Below are positions 20,401 through 30,214 of a DNA stretch of 64,000 bases, piece after piece; position 1 is the stretch's first letter, and every line of letters starts with the position of its first letter. The notes under the pieces are model-generated. The model did not search any database. It was not told the DNA's origin and saw only the letters and a program-made list of their open reading frames with translations. The DNA lies in the NCBI GenBank assembly GCA_937896565.1, contig CALBOV010000005.1:396-64395 (forward strand). The letters are read 5' to 3'. The position numbers and the translations under genes were made by a program. Source of the DNA: an uncultured Salinisphaerales bacterium (GTDB lineage Bacteria > Pseudomonadota > Gammaproteobacteria > Nevskiales > OUC007).

Positions 20401-21200
20401 TCCACCGTCTCGAAGCCGCGGGGATGAAAGGCCCGGCGCGGAATCGACTCATCGAATTCGACCCGCGACAACTCGACTCGGGTTCGGCTGCCAGTCTGGC
20501 GGTTGTGCATGGTCATCTTCCGCGCGAAATGGTGATCGCCGGACTGCTCGATGCTGTCCGGATCGACGTCCAGCTCGCGAACCACGGTGTCCGAGGCGTC
20601 GTAGAACCGTGCGCGCAGCGGCACGCAATGCGCCTGCTCCAGCGCCAGTTCCACACGGGCATAGTCCGCCTCGGAGGCCTGATCCGGGATGACGTTCAGC
20701 CGGTAGACCGGGTGACCGGCGACGGTTTCGTCATCGCCCCGGCTGGCCTCGCCGCCGTCGACCGCGCCGAGCAGGCCACGGATATCCGCATAGGTGAAGT
20801 CGGTTCCCCACAGGCTTTGCGTGGAAGCATTGCCGGTGACGCGTCGGGATCGGTTCAGGGCGGGCACGTAGGTGAACATGGTGTCCTGATCGCCTTCGTT
20901 CGCGAGTACCAGGAACGCCATGCCGGACAGGTCCGGCGGGTTGCGCACCTTCAGATTCGCGTCGATGCCCGATTCCCCCTTGCGAGCGGCAACGCGGATG
21001 TAAAGCGTGCGCGAGTCGCCGTCGGCGCGAATGGTCTCGAGCTCGGCGTCCTGCTTGAACGTCTGCTGTGGCGCGTTGGCGCGGGCACAGGCCACGAGTT
21101 CGGCGGCGGATTTCGGCGCCGTGTCCGGATCGGCCAGCGCCGGGGTGATGACGGACAGGGCCAGCGCCCATCCGCCGAACTGACACGCGAAGAGTTTCAT
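20397..21200 (-). CDS. Outer-membrane lipoprotein-sorting (LolA-like) periplasmic protein
   Basis: Signal peptide; PPDLSGMAFL, YVPALNRSRRV and LWGTDFTYAD motifs. Confidence 0.8.
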   Translation of the reverse strand: MKLFACQFGGWALALSVITPALADPDTAPKSAAELVACARANAPQQTFKQDAELETIRADGDSRTLYIRVAARKGESGIDANLKVRNPPDLSGMAFLVLANEGDQDTMFTYVPALNRSRRVTGNASTQSLWGTDFTYADIRGLLGAVDGGEASRGDDETVAGHPVYRLNVIPDQASEADYARVELALEQAHCVPLRARFYDASDTVVRELDVDPDSIEQSGDHHFARKMTMHNRQTGSRTRVELSRVEFDESIPRRAFHPRGFETVD

Positions 21201-21281
21201 GCTGCGGACGGTAGCGTCCGGCATCCGGGTGTCAAGTCGGCGGTGGCCAGTCCTGGACAGACGGCCACCGCGCAGGGCTTG

Positions 21282-21764
21282 TCAGCGGTCGCGTGCCGGC
21301 TTGCGTGACACGTACATCGTGATCTCCGCGCGGAAGACAACCGTCCCTCGGGTGTCCGTGACCTCAACGGGAGTCAGCAGGCTGAACCGGTCTTCCCACT
21401 GATCGGGGATGACCAGCTGGCACGTCGCCGAGAGATCCGTTTCGGCCTTTGCGAGGTACTCGACCGTCATGCCCTTGGGTATCCATCGGTGGGTGGTCGG
21501 CACCGTGGCCTCGGCCGCCAGGCCCCCGGCGAGCTCGGCCATGTTGCACATCGCGATCGCGTGGAATGTACCGATGTGATTCGTGACGGCGCGCCGCAGT
21601 CTGCTCCGTACCACGCATCGGCCGGTGTCCAGTTCGCTGACACGGGGCTTGATCGATGAGAAGTAAGGCGCCTTGCGGCATACACCGAGGGTGAAAAGCC
21701 ATGATCCGGCGGGTTTTTGCTGGAGGCGATTCCAGAGTGCCAGTGTCGGAGGGGTTGCAGACAT
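21282..21764 (-). CDS. Hotdog-fold thioesterase-like protein (DUF4442)
   Basis: APYFSSI, NHIGTFHAIAMCNMAELAGG and RWIPKGMTVEYLAKA motifs. Confidence 0.85.
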   Translation of the reverse strand: MSATPPTLALWNRLQQKPAGSWLFTLGVCRKAPYFSSIKPRVSELDTGRCVVRSRLRRAVTNHIGTFHAIAMCNMAELAGGLAAEATVPTTHRWIPKGMTVEYLAKAETDLSATCQLVIPDQWEDRFSLLTPVEVTDTRGTVVFRAEITMYVSRKPARDR

Positions 21765-21774
21765 GGTTGCGTGC

Positions 21775-22647
21775 TCAAAGAACGGAGGAATCGGTATCCG
21801 CTTGCGCGAGCTGCGGCTGCGCCAGCGCAGCGCTGAGCCAGTCAGCGGCTTCGCGCCAACCGTGCTCCACGGCAGGGCGGAAGAAGTCGAAGTGCCCAAC
21901 GCGGCTGACACCCCAGTCGGCGGGCGAGCGGGTTGCGATCTCGCAATCCGCGTTGGCGTAGAACGCGGCGAGTTCGCGGACCGCCCGGGGTGGGCCGTAC
22001 TGGCGGTCGTCGCTGATCTGGTAGAAACGTGCCCGGCCTTGCCAACGCTTGAAGCCATCGCGGACCGGTTGTCCGTCCCCGTCCGCGATGTAGTGCGGGC
22101 CGCGGCACCAGCGTGCCCATTCACGCGCGACGCCACCTGGCAACGGGTCGGCGCCGAACAGGCCAGCGGGAATATTGCCGCGTGCCACGAGCATGCCGGG
22201 CAGAACGATGTGCATCATCGTCCACATCCGAGCTTTGTGCGGCCAGTCCCAGAGTCGCCAATGTCCAGACTGTGCGGACAGCCCCAGCAGCGCCTGAACG
22301 CGGGTGTTGTTCGGGCAAAGCCCCAGCGCCTGACCGCCAAAGGAATGACCCAGCACCGCGGTCGTCGTGCCACGGTCACCGGCGTGGTCGATGGCGGCGG
22401 CGAGATCCTGCTCCGCCCAGGTGGTCATGCCAAAGGGGCCAAGGGGCGCGTGGCGGGATGCCCCGATGCCTCGGTAGTCGAATGTCAGCACGGACACGCC
22501 GCGCTCCGCGAGGAACGCCGCGAAACGCGCATAGAAGCGTTGAGGGACCCCGGTCGCACCGGCAATGATGACCCAGGCGGAACCGCTGCCGAACTCGGTG
22601 GCCGCCAGCGCCGTGCCGTCGCGTGTCGTCAGTTGAAACGTGCTCAT
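21775..22647 (-). CDS. Alpha/beta hydrolase
   Basis: FDYRGIGAS, nucleophile elbow GHSFGG, C-terminal GHFDFF. Confidence 0.85.
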   Translation of the reverse strand: MSTFQLTTRDGTALAATEFGSGSAWVIIAGATGVPQRFYARFAAFLAERGVSVLTFDYRGIGASRHAPLGPFGMTTWAEQDLAAAIDHAGDRGTTTAVLGHSFGGQALGLCPNNTRVQALLGLSAQSGHWRLWDWPHKARMWTMMHIVLPGMLVARGNIPAGLFGADPLPGGVAREWARWCRGPHYIADGDGQPVRDGFKRWQGRARFYQISDDRQYGPPRAVRELAAFYANADCEIATRSPADWGVSRVGHFDFFRPAVEHGWREAADWLSAALAQPQLAQADTDSSVL

Positions 22648-22717
22648 GGTTGCGCAGCGTAGAGCGCTTGCTCATGAGCGACAAACGAGATTTTGTCGTC
22701 AGTCTGGTGAAGATTGT

Positions 22718-23608
22718 TCAACTGAAAGCGGGCAGTGAGCGAAGCCACTGAAGAAACGCGCGCAGGGTCTGCCAGCCGGTGTCAGCGCGTCGGTAAAGAA
22801 TGTTGTAGTGCTGCTGGATGGGTAGCTCGATGGTTCCGAGTGGTTGCAGTCGACCCTGGTCCACCCAGGCGCCGGCCGCCGGGAACAGGCCGAGCGCGAC
22901 ACCCAGCCCCTGCTCACAGGCGCGCAGCAGCGAGAGGTAGCTGTCGAACCAGATCCCGCCTTCCAGTGCCTCGGGTGCGATGCCGGCATGCCGTCCCCAG
23001 TCCGCCCAGGCATCCGGCACGGCGGACGAGTGCAGGCGGGTGGCCTGGCCAACCGCCAACAGTGGATCCTCGGGCAGCGAGGCTGCCAGGGTGGGAGCGC
23101 AGACGGGTCGGGCGACCATGGTCATCAGCGGTTCGAGCGCGATCTGGTCGGTGGCCTGTCCACCGAAGCGCAACGCCACGTCCGCTTCATCGGACTCCAG
23201 CTTTGCCAGACGCATCGATGTCTCCACCCGGATATCCAGCGTCGGGTGCTGACGATGAAAATCGGGCAGCGCGGGAATCACCACCTCGCTGGCGATGAAG
23301 GGCCCCAGCGTAATCCGCAGGCTGCGGCTTTCGTCGCTTCGGCAGATCTGGCCAGTGGCCGCGTCCAGGGTCGCCAGCGCCTCGAGGCAGCGCTCGCTGT
23401 ATGAGAGCGCGGCGGGGGTAAGACGCACGCCCCGACTTTCACGAACGAACAACGGCGTGCCCAGCCGCTGTTGCAGATCGCGCATCTGATGGCTGATCGC
23501 CGACGGGGTCAGATGCAGCGCTGCAGCCGCGGCACGAAACGATCCGTGCTCGGCCACCGCGCAAAGCGTCCGAAGCAGGTGCAGCGGTGGAGTCCGCTGT
23601 CTGCTCAC
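22718..23608 (-). CDS. LysR-family regulator (GcvA-like)
   Basis: HTH SFRAAAAALHLTPSAISHQ followed by a LysR substrate-binding domain (DVALRFG). Confidence 0.92.
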   Translation of the reverse strand: MSRQRTPPLHLLRTLCAVAEHGSFRAAAAALHLTPSAISHQMRDLQQRLGTPLFVRESRGVRLTPAALSYSERCLEALATLDAATGQICRSDESRSLRITLGPFIASEVVIPALPDFHRQHPTLDIRVETSMRLAKLESDEADVALRFGGQATDQIALEPLMTMVARPVCAPTLAASLPEDPLLAVGQATRLHSSAVPDAWADWGRHAGIAPEALEGGIWFDSYLSLLRACEQGLGVALGLFPAAGAWVDQGRLQPLGTIELPIQQHYNILYRRADTGWQTLRAFLQWLRSLPAFS

Positions 23609-23665
23609 GCAACGCCGATCGGGGTCAGCGGCCCGGCAGCATCATGCTGCCGGGCCTGCTCCGTC

Positions 23666-25126
23666 CTATTGCAGGACGCGGATTTCGACGCGACGGTTCA
23701 GCGCGCGACCCTGGCTCGTGTCGTTGGAGGCGATCGGGCTGGTCTCGCCGAGGCCGGTGGCCTTCAGACGGGAGCCTTCGATGCCGGACGAGATCAGGTA
23801 GTTGCGCACGGAATCGGCACGCTTCTGCGAAAGCGTCCGGTTGTACGCTGCCGCGCCCACGCTGTCCGTGTGGCCGTTGATCTGGATCGAGAACGCCGGT
23901 GACTCTCGCAGGGTATCCGCGATGGCATCCAGGATGCGCGTGGCGTTCGGCGCAAGCTTCGCCGAGTTGGTCTCGAAGTTCACACCGCGGAGCACGAGGC
24001 GCTGATCAGCGGCGCAGCCGTTGCTCATGACCTGGGCACCGGCCGGCGTGTCGGCACACTGGTCCAGCTTGTCGCTGACACCATCGCGGTCGGCATCGGC
24101 CGCGCAGCCGGAGGCATCAACCGCGATGTTGCTCGGCGTGGCGGCACAGCGGTCGCGCGTGTCCGGAACGCCGTCACCGTCGGAATCCATCTCGCAGCCG
24201 GTGTCGTCGACCGGAACGCCGTTCGGCGTGCCGGGGCACTGGTCCACGTTGTCGCCGACGCCATCACGGTCGCTGTCGAACACACAGCCGCGCTCGTCGA
24301 CGGAGGAGTTCGGCAGGGTGCCGGGGCAGCTGTCGAGGTAGTCCGCGACACCGTCGGTATCCGTGTCATAGGGGCAGCCACTGGCGCCAACCGGGATGTT
24401 CTTCGGCGTGCTGGGGCAGGCATCGTTTGCGTCCGCGACGCCGTCATGGTCGGCGTCCGGCGTGCCGAAGCCCAGCGCGCTGCGCAGGCCCACGTAGAGG
24501 TTGTGAGCGTTGTATTCGGTGTCGAAGCTGCCGGCGCTGGAGCCGAGGTCCGGGTCACCGCCGATGACATAGCGATAGTCCAGTGACAGGGCCAGCGCCG
24601 AGGTCAGCGGCATGGTGATGCCGGAGCCGAGCTGGAAGGCGGTCACGCGATCACTTTCGCCGAATCGCGGGTTGGCACCCACCGCGTAGTCCTTGAGCGA
24701 GTAGTTCAGGAAGCCGATACCGAATCCGAGGTAGGGCAGCAGCGTCTTGGTGGTACCGAGATTCGTTGTACCCAGGTCGAACCACAGGTTGCCGAACAGC
24801 TTGGCCGTCTCCACCTCGCCGGTGGCGTTGCTGCTGTTCACGTCGGCCTGACCCAGACCCAGCGAGACCTCGGGGCGCATCACGCCGGCCATGTCATAGC
24901 CCAGCCGTGATTCGAAGGCGAAGCCCGCATCGAAGGAATTGGTGAAGTTCGTGGGCGCGCCGACCGTGGACACATGGTTCGCCGACACGTCGGCGTCGGC
25001 GGGAGCGGTGATGCCGATGCCGATGTTGGTGTACCAGCCGGGTGCGTCGTCTGCCGCGAAGGTGTTGGATGCGCATAACGAAATGGCGGCAATCCCAGTC
25101 AGCCGCGCCAGACGTCCATAGATCAT
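23666..25126 (-). CDS. OmpA/OprF-family outer-membrane protein with TSP3 repeats
   Basis: Signal peptide, N-terminal beta-barrel, five DxDxDGVxD..C repeats, and a C-terminal OmpA domain (GHTD, LSQKRA, NRRVE). Confidence 0.9.
   Translation of the reverse strand: MIYGRLARLTGIAAISLCASNTFAADDAPGWYTNIGIGITAPADADVSANHVSTVGAPTNFTNSFDAGFAFESRLGYDMAGVMRPEVSLGLGQADVNSSNATGEVETAKLFGNLWFDLGTTNLGTTKTLLPYLGFGIGFLNYSLKDYAVGANPRFGESDRVTAFQLGSGITMPLTSALALSLDYRYVIGGDPDLGSSAGSFDTEYNAHNLYVGLRSALGFGTPDADHDGVADANDACPSTPKNIPVGASGCPYDTDTDGVADYLDSCPGTLPNSSVDERGCVFDSDRDGVGDNVDQCPGTPNGVPVDDTGCEMDSDGDGVPDTRDRCAATPSNIAVDASGCAADADRDGVSDKLDQCADTPAGAQVMSNGCAADQRLVLRGVNFETNSAKLAPNATRILDAIADTLRESPAFSIQINGHTDSVGAAAYNRTLSQKRADSVRNYLISSGIEGSRLKATGLGETSPIASNDTSQGRALNRRVEIRVLQ
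24008..24457 (-). repeat. Five intragenic 90-bp (30-aa) thrombospondin type-3-like Ca-binding repeats
   Basis: DADHDGVAD, DTDTDGVAD, DSDRDGVGD, DSDGDGVPD and DADRDGVSD at exact 30-aa spacing. Confidence 0.85.
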
Positions 25127-25168
25127 TTGTGATGTCCCCAAGGGTTCAAATGAAGAGGGATGCATACA

Positions 25169-25813
25169 TTAGCCAAGTTTTTGCGGCGCGTCATACCCGT
25201 GGATAGCCCAACGTGCGGACTGCAACACGGAACTGTCCAGCTCGACGATGTCTCCGGGTTGCAGCGCCGCCACGCCCGCCGGTGTTCCGGTGTAGATCAG
25301 ATCGCCGGGGCGCAGCCGCCAGGTTCGCGACAGGATGCTGATGATCCGCGGAACGGAGAAAATCATCTGCCGCGTATCGCCTTGTTGCCGCAACTCGCCG
25401 TTGACGCGGCAGGTGAAGGTGATCGCGTTCAGCGGCACCTCGCCGTTCCAGGGCGTGAACGGCCCCAGCGGCGCGGCGTGGTCGAATGCCTTGGCAAGTT
25501 CCCAGGGTTTGCCGTCCTTGCGCAGCCGATTCTGCTCGTCGCGCAGGGTCAGATCCAGGCCCAGCGCCAGGGCGTCGACGGCGGCCGTCGCTGCGTCGGG
25601 ATCGACATGGCTTGCCTCGCAGCCGATGCGGACAACCAGCTCGGCCTCGTGGTGCACGGCGCCGCGGTCCGTGGGGATCACGACCGGCTGATCCGGTGCG
25701 ACCAGACAGGAGGCGGGTTTCATGAAGACGACGCAGTCGCCGTCCTCGGGATGGCCCAGCTCACGGATGTGCTCCGCGTAGTTGCGACCGATGCAGAAGA
25801 TTCTTGGGTCCAT
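25169..25813 (-). CDS. Fumarylacetoacetate hydrolase family protein
   Basis: CIGRNYAEH, FMKP, HHEAEL and GDLIYTGTPAGV motifs. Confidence 0.92.
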   Translation of the reverse strand: MDPRIFCIGRNYAEHIRELGHPEDGDCVVFMKPASCLVAPDQPVVIPTDRGAVHHEAELVVRIGCEASHVDPDAATAAVDALALGLDLTLRDEQNRLRKDGKPWELAKAFDHAAPLGPFTPWNGEVPLNAITFTCRVNGELRQQGDTRQMIFSVPRIISILSRTWRLRPGDLIYTGTPAGVAALQPGDIVELDSSVLQSARWAIHGYDAPQKLG

Positions 25814-25831
25814 GAAGGCTCCAGGCCCTGA

Positions 25832-25869
25832 ATACGAGAAAGCCGGCGACCCGAAGGGTACGCCGGCTT
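25832..25869 (-). terminator. Intrinsic terminator after pckA
   Basis: Minus strand AAGCCGGCG(T)ACCC-TTC-GGGT-CGCCGGCTT followed by TCTCGTAT, ~25 nt after the pckA stop. Confidence 0.7.
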
Positions 25870-25894
25870 GTCGCGAAATACCGCGTCGGGCGTG

Positions 25895-27553
25895 TTACAT
25901 CACCGCGGGGATGCCGAGTTCGCCCAGGCCCTTGGCCTCGTAGTTCTGACGGAACATCTGCCGCAGCTTCTCGGCCTGCGCGTCATAGGCGTCCTTGTCC
26001 TCCCAGGTGTCGCGCGGATCGAGAATGTCCGACGGAACATCCGGGCAACTGGTCGGGATGCGCAGCTTGAAGATCGGGTGGGTGATGTAGTCGACCTTGC
26101 CCGCGTCCAGCTCGCCTTCCAGCGCCGCGTTGAGCAGGGCGCGGGTGTGCTTGATGGAGATGCGCTTGCCGACGCCATAGACGCCACCGGACCAGCCGGT
26201 GTTGAGCAGGATGCAGCGCGAGTTGTGCTCCTTCATCTTCTTGGCCAGCAGCTCGGCGTAAACGCTCGGTGGCCGCGCCATGAACGGTGCCCCGAAGCAG
26301 GCGGAGAACGCCGCGGTGGGTTCGGTCACGCCGACCTCGGTGCCGCCCAGCTTGGCGGTGAAGCCGGAGACGAAGTGGTACATCGCCTGTTCCGGGTCGA
26401 GCACCGACACCGGGGGCAGTACGCCAAAGGCGTCCGCGGTGAGGAAGATGATGGTTTCCGGATGCGGGCCGCGCGCGCCGTCGGCGACGTTCGGGTTGCA
26501 TTCCAGCGGGTAGGAGAAGCGGGTGTTCTCGGTGATGGAGCCGTCGGTCAGGTCCAGATCCTGCGGATCGGTTTCTTCAAGCGGCTTGCCCGGCAGCGGC
26601 GGCACGTTCTCGATGATCGTGCCCGGCATGGACAGCGCCGCGGCGATGATCGGCTCGGCATCCTTGTCCAGGTCGATCAGCTTGGCGTAGCAGCCACCTT
26701 CGAAGTTCGAGACGCCGGTGGCGGTCCAGGCGTGTTCGTCGTCGCCGATCAGTTCGCGGTCCGGGTCGGCCGACAGCGTAGTCTTGCCGGTGCCGGACAG
26801 GCCGAACAGCACGGCGCCGTCGCCGCGCTTGCCGACGTTCGCGGAGCTGTGCATCGACAGCTCGCCCATGCCCGGCATCAGGTAGTTCATGACCGTGAAC
26901 ATGGTCTTCTTGTTGACGCCGCAGTAGTCGGCGCGGCCGAGCACGAGACCGACCTGGTTCTTGAAGTCCATGATGACCGCGCGCTTGGACAGCGTGCCGT
27001 CGCGTTCCGGATCGCAGTGGAAGGACGGAACGTTGATCAGCGTCCAGCGCTTGGTTTCCTCGTCCTCGACGCCCTCGATATCGTGGGCGAACATGTTCTT
27101 GGCGAACATCGCGTGGGTGGCGTATTCACCGACGAAGCGATAAGGCACGGCGTAGGCCGGGTCCCAGCCGCAGTACACATCCTCAACGTAGAGGCGGGCG
27201 TTTTTCGCGTTCAGGTGGGCGACCACGCGTTCGAGCAGGGGCCCGAAATGCTTGGGGTCAAATTTCTTGAAGTCCTTCTTCCACCACACGCTGTCTTCGA
27301 CCTCGGGCCAGGCGACGGCGAAGGTGTCCTGAACCGGGCGACCGGTGCAGGTGGGATCGGTGTAGTAGACCAGGGGGCCGTTCACGCCCAGCTTGGTGGC
27401 GTAGGCCTTGGGTTCGTCATCCGGACCATCGGCGCGGATGCGACCACGATCGTGGGCCAGCGCCTCGTTGAACAGCTCATCCTTGGAGAGCTGGTAGTGG
27501 TAGTCAACGGTGTCGAGCCCGAATTTATCTTTCAGCGTGCTCCGGAAATCCAT
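25895..27553 (-). CDS. pckA: Phosphoenolpyruvate carboxykinase (ATP), divergent clade
   Basis: FGLSGTGKTTLSADP, IGDDEH, NFEGGCYAK, TENTR and FSACFGAPF motifs. Confidence 0.95.
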   Translation of the reverse strand: MDFRSTLKDKFGLDTVDYHYQLSKDELFNEALAHDRGRIRADGPDDEPKAYATKLGVNGPLVYYTDPTCTGRPVQDTFAVAWPEVEDSVWWKKDFKKFDPKHFGPLLERVVAHLNAKNARLYVEDVYCGWDPAYAVPYRFVGEYATHAMFAKNMFAHDIEGVEDEETKRWTLINVPSFHCDPERDGTLSKRAVIMDFKNQVGLVLGRADYCGVNKKTMFTVMNYLMPGMGELSMHSSANVGKRGDGAVLFGLSGTGKTTLSADPDRELIGDDEHAWTATGVSNFEGGCYAKLIDLDKDAEPIIAAALSMPGTIIENVPPLPGKPLEETDPQDLDLTDGSITENTRFSYPLECNPNVADGARGPHPETIIFLTADAFGVLPPVSVLDPEQAMYHFVSGFTAKLGGTEVGVTEPTAAFSACFGAPFMARPPSVYAELLAKKMKEHNSRCILLNTGWSGGVYGVGKRISIKHTRALLNAALEGELDAGKVDYITHPIFKLRIPTSCPDVPSDILDPRDTWEDKDAYDAQAEKLRQMFRQNYEAKGLGELGIPAVM

Positions 27554-27575
27554 GCGTCGTGTCCATAGAAAAGCC

Positions 27576-27602
27576 AACAAAAAGACCCGCCAACGGCGGG
27601 TT
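27576..27602 (-). terminator. Intrinsic terminator ~23 nt upstream of the pckA start codon
   Basis: Minus strand A-ACCCGCC-GTT-GGCGGGT-CTTTTTGTT. Confidence 0.75.
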
Positions 27603-27877
27603 GAGTTCGGTTGCCATCGAAGAGGGGATCATCGTCAACGGCTCATGCCCTCGGCGCCGCCGGTGACGACCGGGGGGTCGGCAGTCGCGTCGCGGGGGGG
27701 TGTCTCGAGTGGGTGAGGACACGGCCAAGAAATTCGTGTCATCACCGCGAAAATCGGACGGAGAGGGTAACGTCGGGAGGCCCATATCGCAACCGAGGCG
27801 TCGGGGCAAGCTACTCAAGAATGGTGCGCTCGCGCCGTGTTGACCCTCGGTGGTCGTGGTCCTGACCGGGACCGCAG

Positions 27878-30214
27878 CTACGCGGGCGTGACCCGTTCCT
27901 TGTCCGAGCCGACCACGGCATGCGCGGCGTAAACCCGGGCCATCTTCGCGCCGGGATCGTTCTTCGCGCGCTGGCGCCGTCGCGCCGCCTGCTTGACGGC
28001 CTGGATGAAGTCCTGGCCCCAGGTTTCCAGGTCGTGATGCATGACGACATCGGCCATCTGCGCGATGCGATCGCGGCGCTCGGCATCGCCCAGGGTCAGT
28101 GCGCGATAGAGCTGATTCATCATGTCGACTTCGTCGTAGGGATTGGTGCGCAGCGCGCCCTGCAATTCCACCGCGGCACCGGCGAACTCGGACAGCACCA
28201 GCACGCCCTTGCCGCGGGTCAGGCCCTGCACGGCCGCGTACTCCTTGGCGACCAGGTTCAGGCCGTCACGCAGCGGCGTGATCCAGCCGACATCGGCGAC
28301 CGCGTAGTAGGCCAGCACGTCCTCGAACGGCAGCGACCGGAAGAAAAAGCGCACCGGCGTCCAGTCCAGCTTGGCGAACCGGCCGTTGATGCGGCCGACC
28401 GACAGCTCGACCTGTTGCTGGATTTCCTCGTAGATCTTCATGCCGCGTGCGGCGGGGGTGACGACGTCGACAAAGGTCACCTTGCCGTGCAGCTCCGGAT
28501 TCTCCTCCAGCAGTCGCTCAAAGGCTTCCAGCTTGGCGAGCGGCCCCTTGGTGTAGTCGAGCCGTTCCACGGACAGGACGACGCGTTTGCCCTTGAGTTC
28601 CTCGCGCAGCCCGGCCATGCGCTGCTGAACCTGCTCGCTCTCGATCAGGCCGCGGATGCGGTTGGCGCTGACGCCGATCGGGTGCGCGCCCATGTGGACG
28701 ACGTGATCGTCCGACACCTTGATGCCGGTGGTCATCTCGTCCAGACCGAGGGCGCAGTCGTAGGTCAGAAAACGCGGTGCGCAGTTCTGCCGCTCCAGCA
28801 CCTCCACCGGGAAGTTCGAGCGGACGACGTCGACGAAGTTTTCCAGATGACGCGGGATGTGGAAGCCGACGTAGTCGCATTGCAGCAGGCTGCCGACGAT
28901 CTGCCGCCGCCACGGAATCACGTTGAAGATTTCCGACGACGGGAAATAGGTGTGGTGGAAGAAGGCGATGCGCAGGTCGGGGCGCATGCGGCGCAGATGC
29001 GCCGGCACCATCCACAGGTTGTAGTCGTGAATCCAGATCACCGCGCCCTCGTCGGCCTCGGCCGCGGTGCGCTCGGCGAAAATCCGGTTGATCTCGACGT
29101 AGTGGTGCCAGTCCTCGTGGTTGAAGCGCGTGCGTTCGATGAAGGTATGGATCGTCGGCCACAGCGCCTCCTTGGAGAAGGTCTTGTAGAAGCGCTGGAC
29201 GTCATGCGCGGTCAGCGGCACGCGGGAGACGATCAGGTTCGGGTACGCGTCCTCGTCGACCACCGTGTGATCCTGGAACCCCTTGGGAGCGCGCGTGTCC
29301 TGTTGCGACCAGGCGATCCACATGCCGGTGCGCCCGCCTTCGAACAGCGACAGCAGGCTGGGCATGATCCCGTTGGGACTCTTGGGCCGGCGATGCTCGA
29401 TCCGGCCGTCCACCTCGTGCTCCTCATAGGGAAGTCGGTGGTAGACCATGATCAGCTGGGACGAACCGCGCTCCTGGCGTGAGCGCGTCAGTTCCTCGAT
29501 GGCCTTGGGGCCGAGGAACTGGAAGTAGCTGAATGCGTCCAGGATGCCGCCGGCGCCGGTGTGCTCCGAGTGGAACACCTGGGACATGCGCTGCGTGGCA
29601 TCGACCAGCTTTTGTTCGGCGGCGCCGACCACCACGCCCTTGAAGCCGGTCTCGAACATCGGCAGGTCATTGAGCGTGTCGCCGGCGACCAGCACCCGAT
29701 CCGGGTCCATCTCCAGCAGGGCGACGAGTTTCTTGAGAGTCGTCCCCTTGTTGATGCCTTTCGGGAGGATGTCCAGGTAGCGATCGGCCGAATGCAGCAC
29801 CTCGCAGCCCAGCGGCTCGACGCGCTGACGCACCGGTTCGGCGTCGAAATCCGGCGGCACGAAGAACGAGCAGCGGCGCTGTTGCGGAACCTCCTGGCGC
29901 TCCAGGCCGGCAATGCCCTCGATGGCATCCAGGATCGCCGGCTCGCCCGGCCAGCACTGGTTGATCTCGGACTGGATCGGCTGCACCGGCTCCAGCGTGT
30001 CGCCGTGCACGATGGTCGTGCCGACGTCGCAGATCACGTATTTGGGCGTCGGAATGGTCGGATCGTAGATCAGCGGCAGGACGTGTTCGAACCCGCGACC
30101 GGTGACGAAAACCAGCGCCACCTCCGGTTGTCGGGGTAGAAAGCGGTAAAGACGCATACGGTCGGACTGCCGTCCGCCGAGGAACGTCCCGTCGAGATCA
30201 GTCGCTAGAAGCAT
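27878..30214 (-). CDS. ggpS: Fused glucosylglycerol-phosphate phosphatase/synthase (HAD-IIB + GT20)
   Basis: N-terminal HAD motifs ATDLDGT and AGDTLND; GT20 half with [30 protein letters not shown] and [11 protein letters not shown]. Confidence 0.88.
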   Translation of the reverse strand: MLLATDLDGTFLGGRQSDRMRLYRFLPRQPEVALVFVTGRGFEHVLPLIYDPTIPTPKYVICDVGTTIVHGDTLEPVQPIQSEINQCWPGEPAILDAIEGIAGLERQEVPQQRRCSFFVPPDFDAEPVRQRVEPLGCEVLHSADRYLDILPKGINKGTTLKKLVALLEMDPDRVLVAGDTLNDLPMFETGFKGVVVGAAEQKLVDATQRMSQVFHSEHTGAGGILDAFSYFQFLGPKAIEELTRSRQERGSSQLIMVYHRLPYEEHEVDGRIEHRRPKSPNGIMPSLLSLFEGGRTGMWIAWSQQDTRAPKGFQDHTVVDEDAYPNLIVSRVPLTAHDVQRFYKTFSKEALWPTIHTFIERTRFNHEDWHHYVEINRIFAERTAAEADEGAVIWIHDYNLWMVPAHLRRMRPDLRIAFFHHTYFPSSEIFNVIPWRRQIVGSLLQCDYVGFHIPRHLENFVDVVRSNFPVEVLERQNCAPRFLTYDCALGLDEMTTGIKVSDDHVVHMGAHPIGVSANRIRGLIESEQVQQRMAGLREELKGKRVVLSVERLDYTKGPLAKLEAFERLLEENPELHGKVTFVDVVTPAARGMKIYEEIQQQVELSVGRINGRFAKLDWTPVRFFFRSLPFEDVLAYYAVADVGWITPLRDGLNLVAKEYAAVQGLTRGKGVLVLSEFAGAAVELQGALRTNPYDEVDMMNQLYRALTLGDAERRDRIAQMADVVMHHDLETWGQDFIQAVKQAARRRQRAKNDPGAKMARVYAAHAVVGSDKERVTPA

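Noticed and set aside
24008-24457. 90-bp periodic repeats as a possible CRISPR-like or other nucleotide array
   Set aside because: They are in-frame TSP3 protein repeats within the OmpA gene and degenerate at the DNA level; there is no repeat-spacer structure and no cas genes.
27620-27780. Plus-strand G-runs and GGA motifs as a G-quadruplex or CsrB-like RNA
   Set aside because: The loops between G-runs are long, the GGAs are not in regular hairpins, and the only terminator is oriented for the minus strand.
27630-27830. Resemblance of the pckA leader to ZTP (GTCGTCACCGGCG) or yybP-ykoY (GAGTAGC) riboswitches
   Set aside because: Only short partial matches; the ZTP 3' CGCCUGGGC pseudoknot and the yybP core elements are absent.
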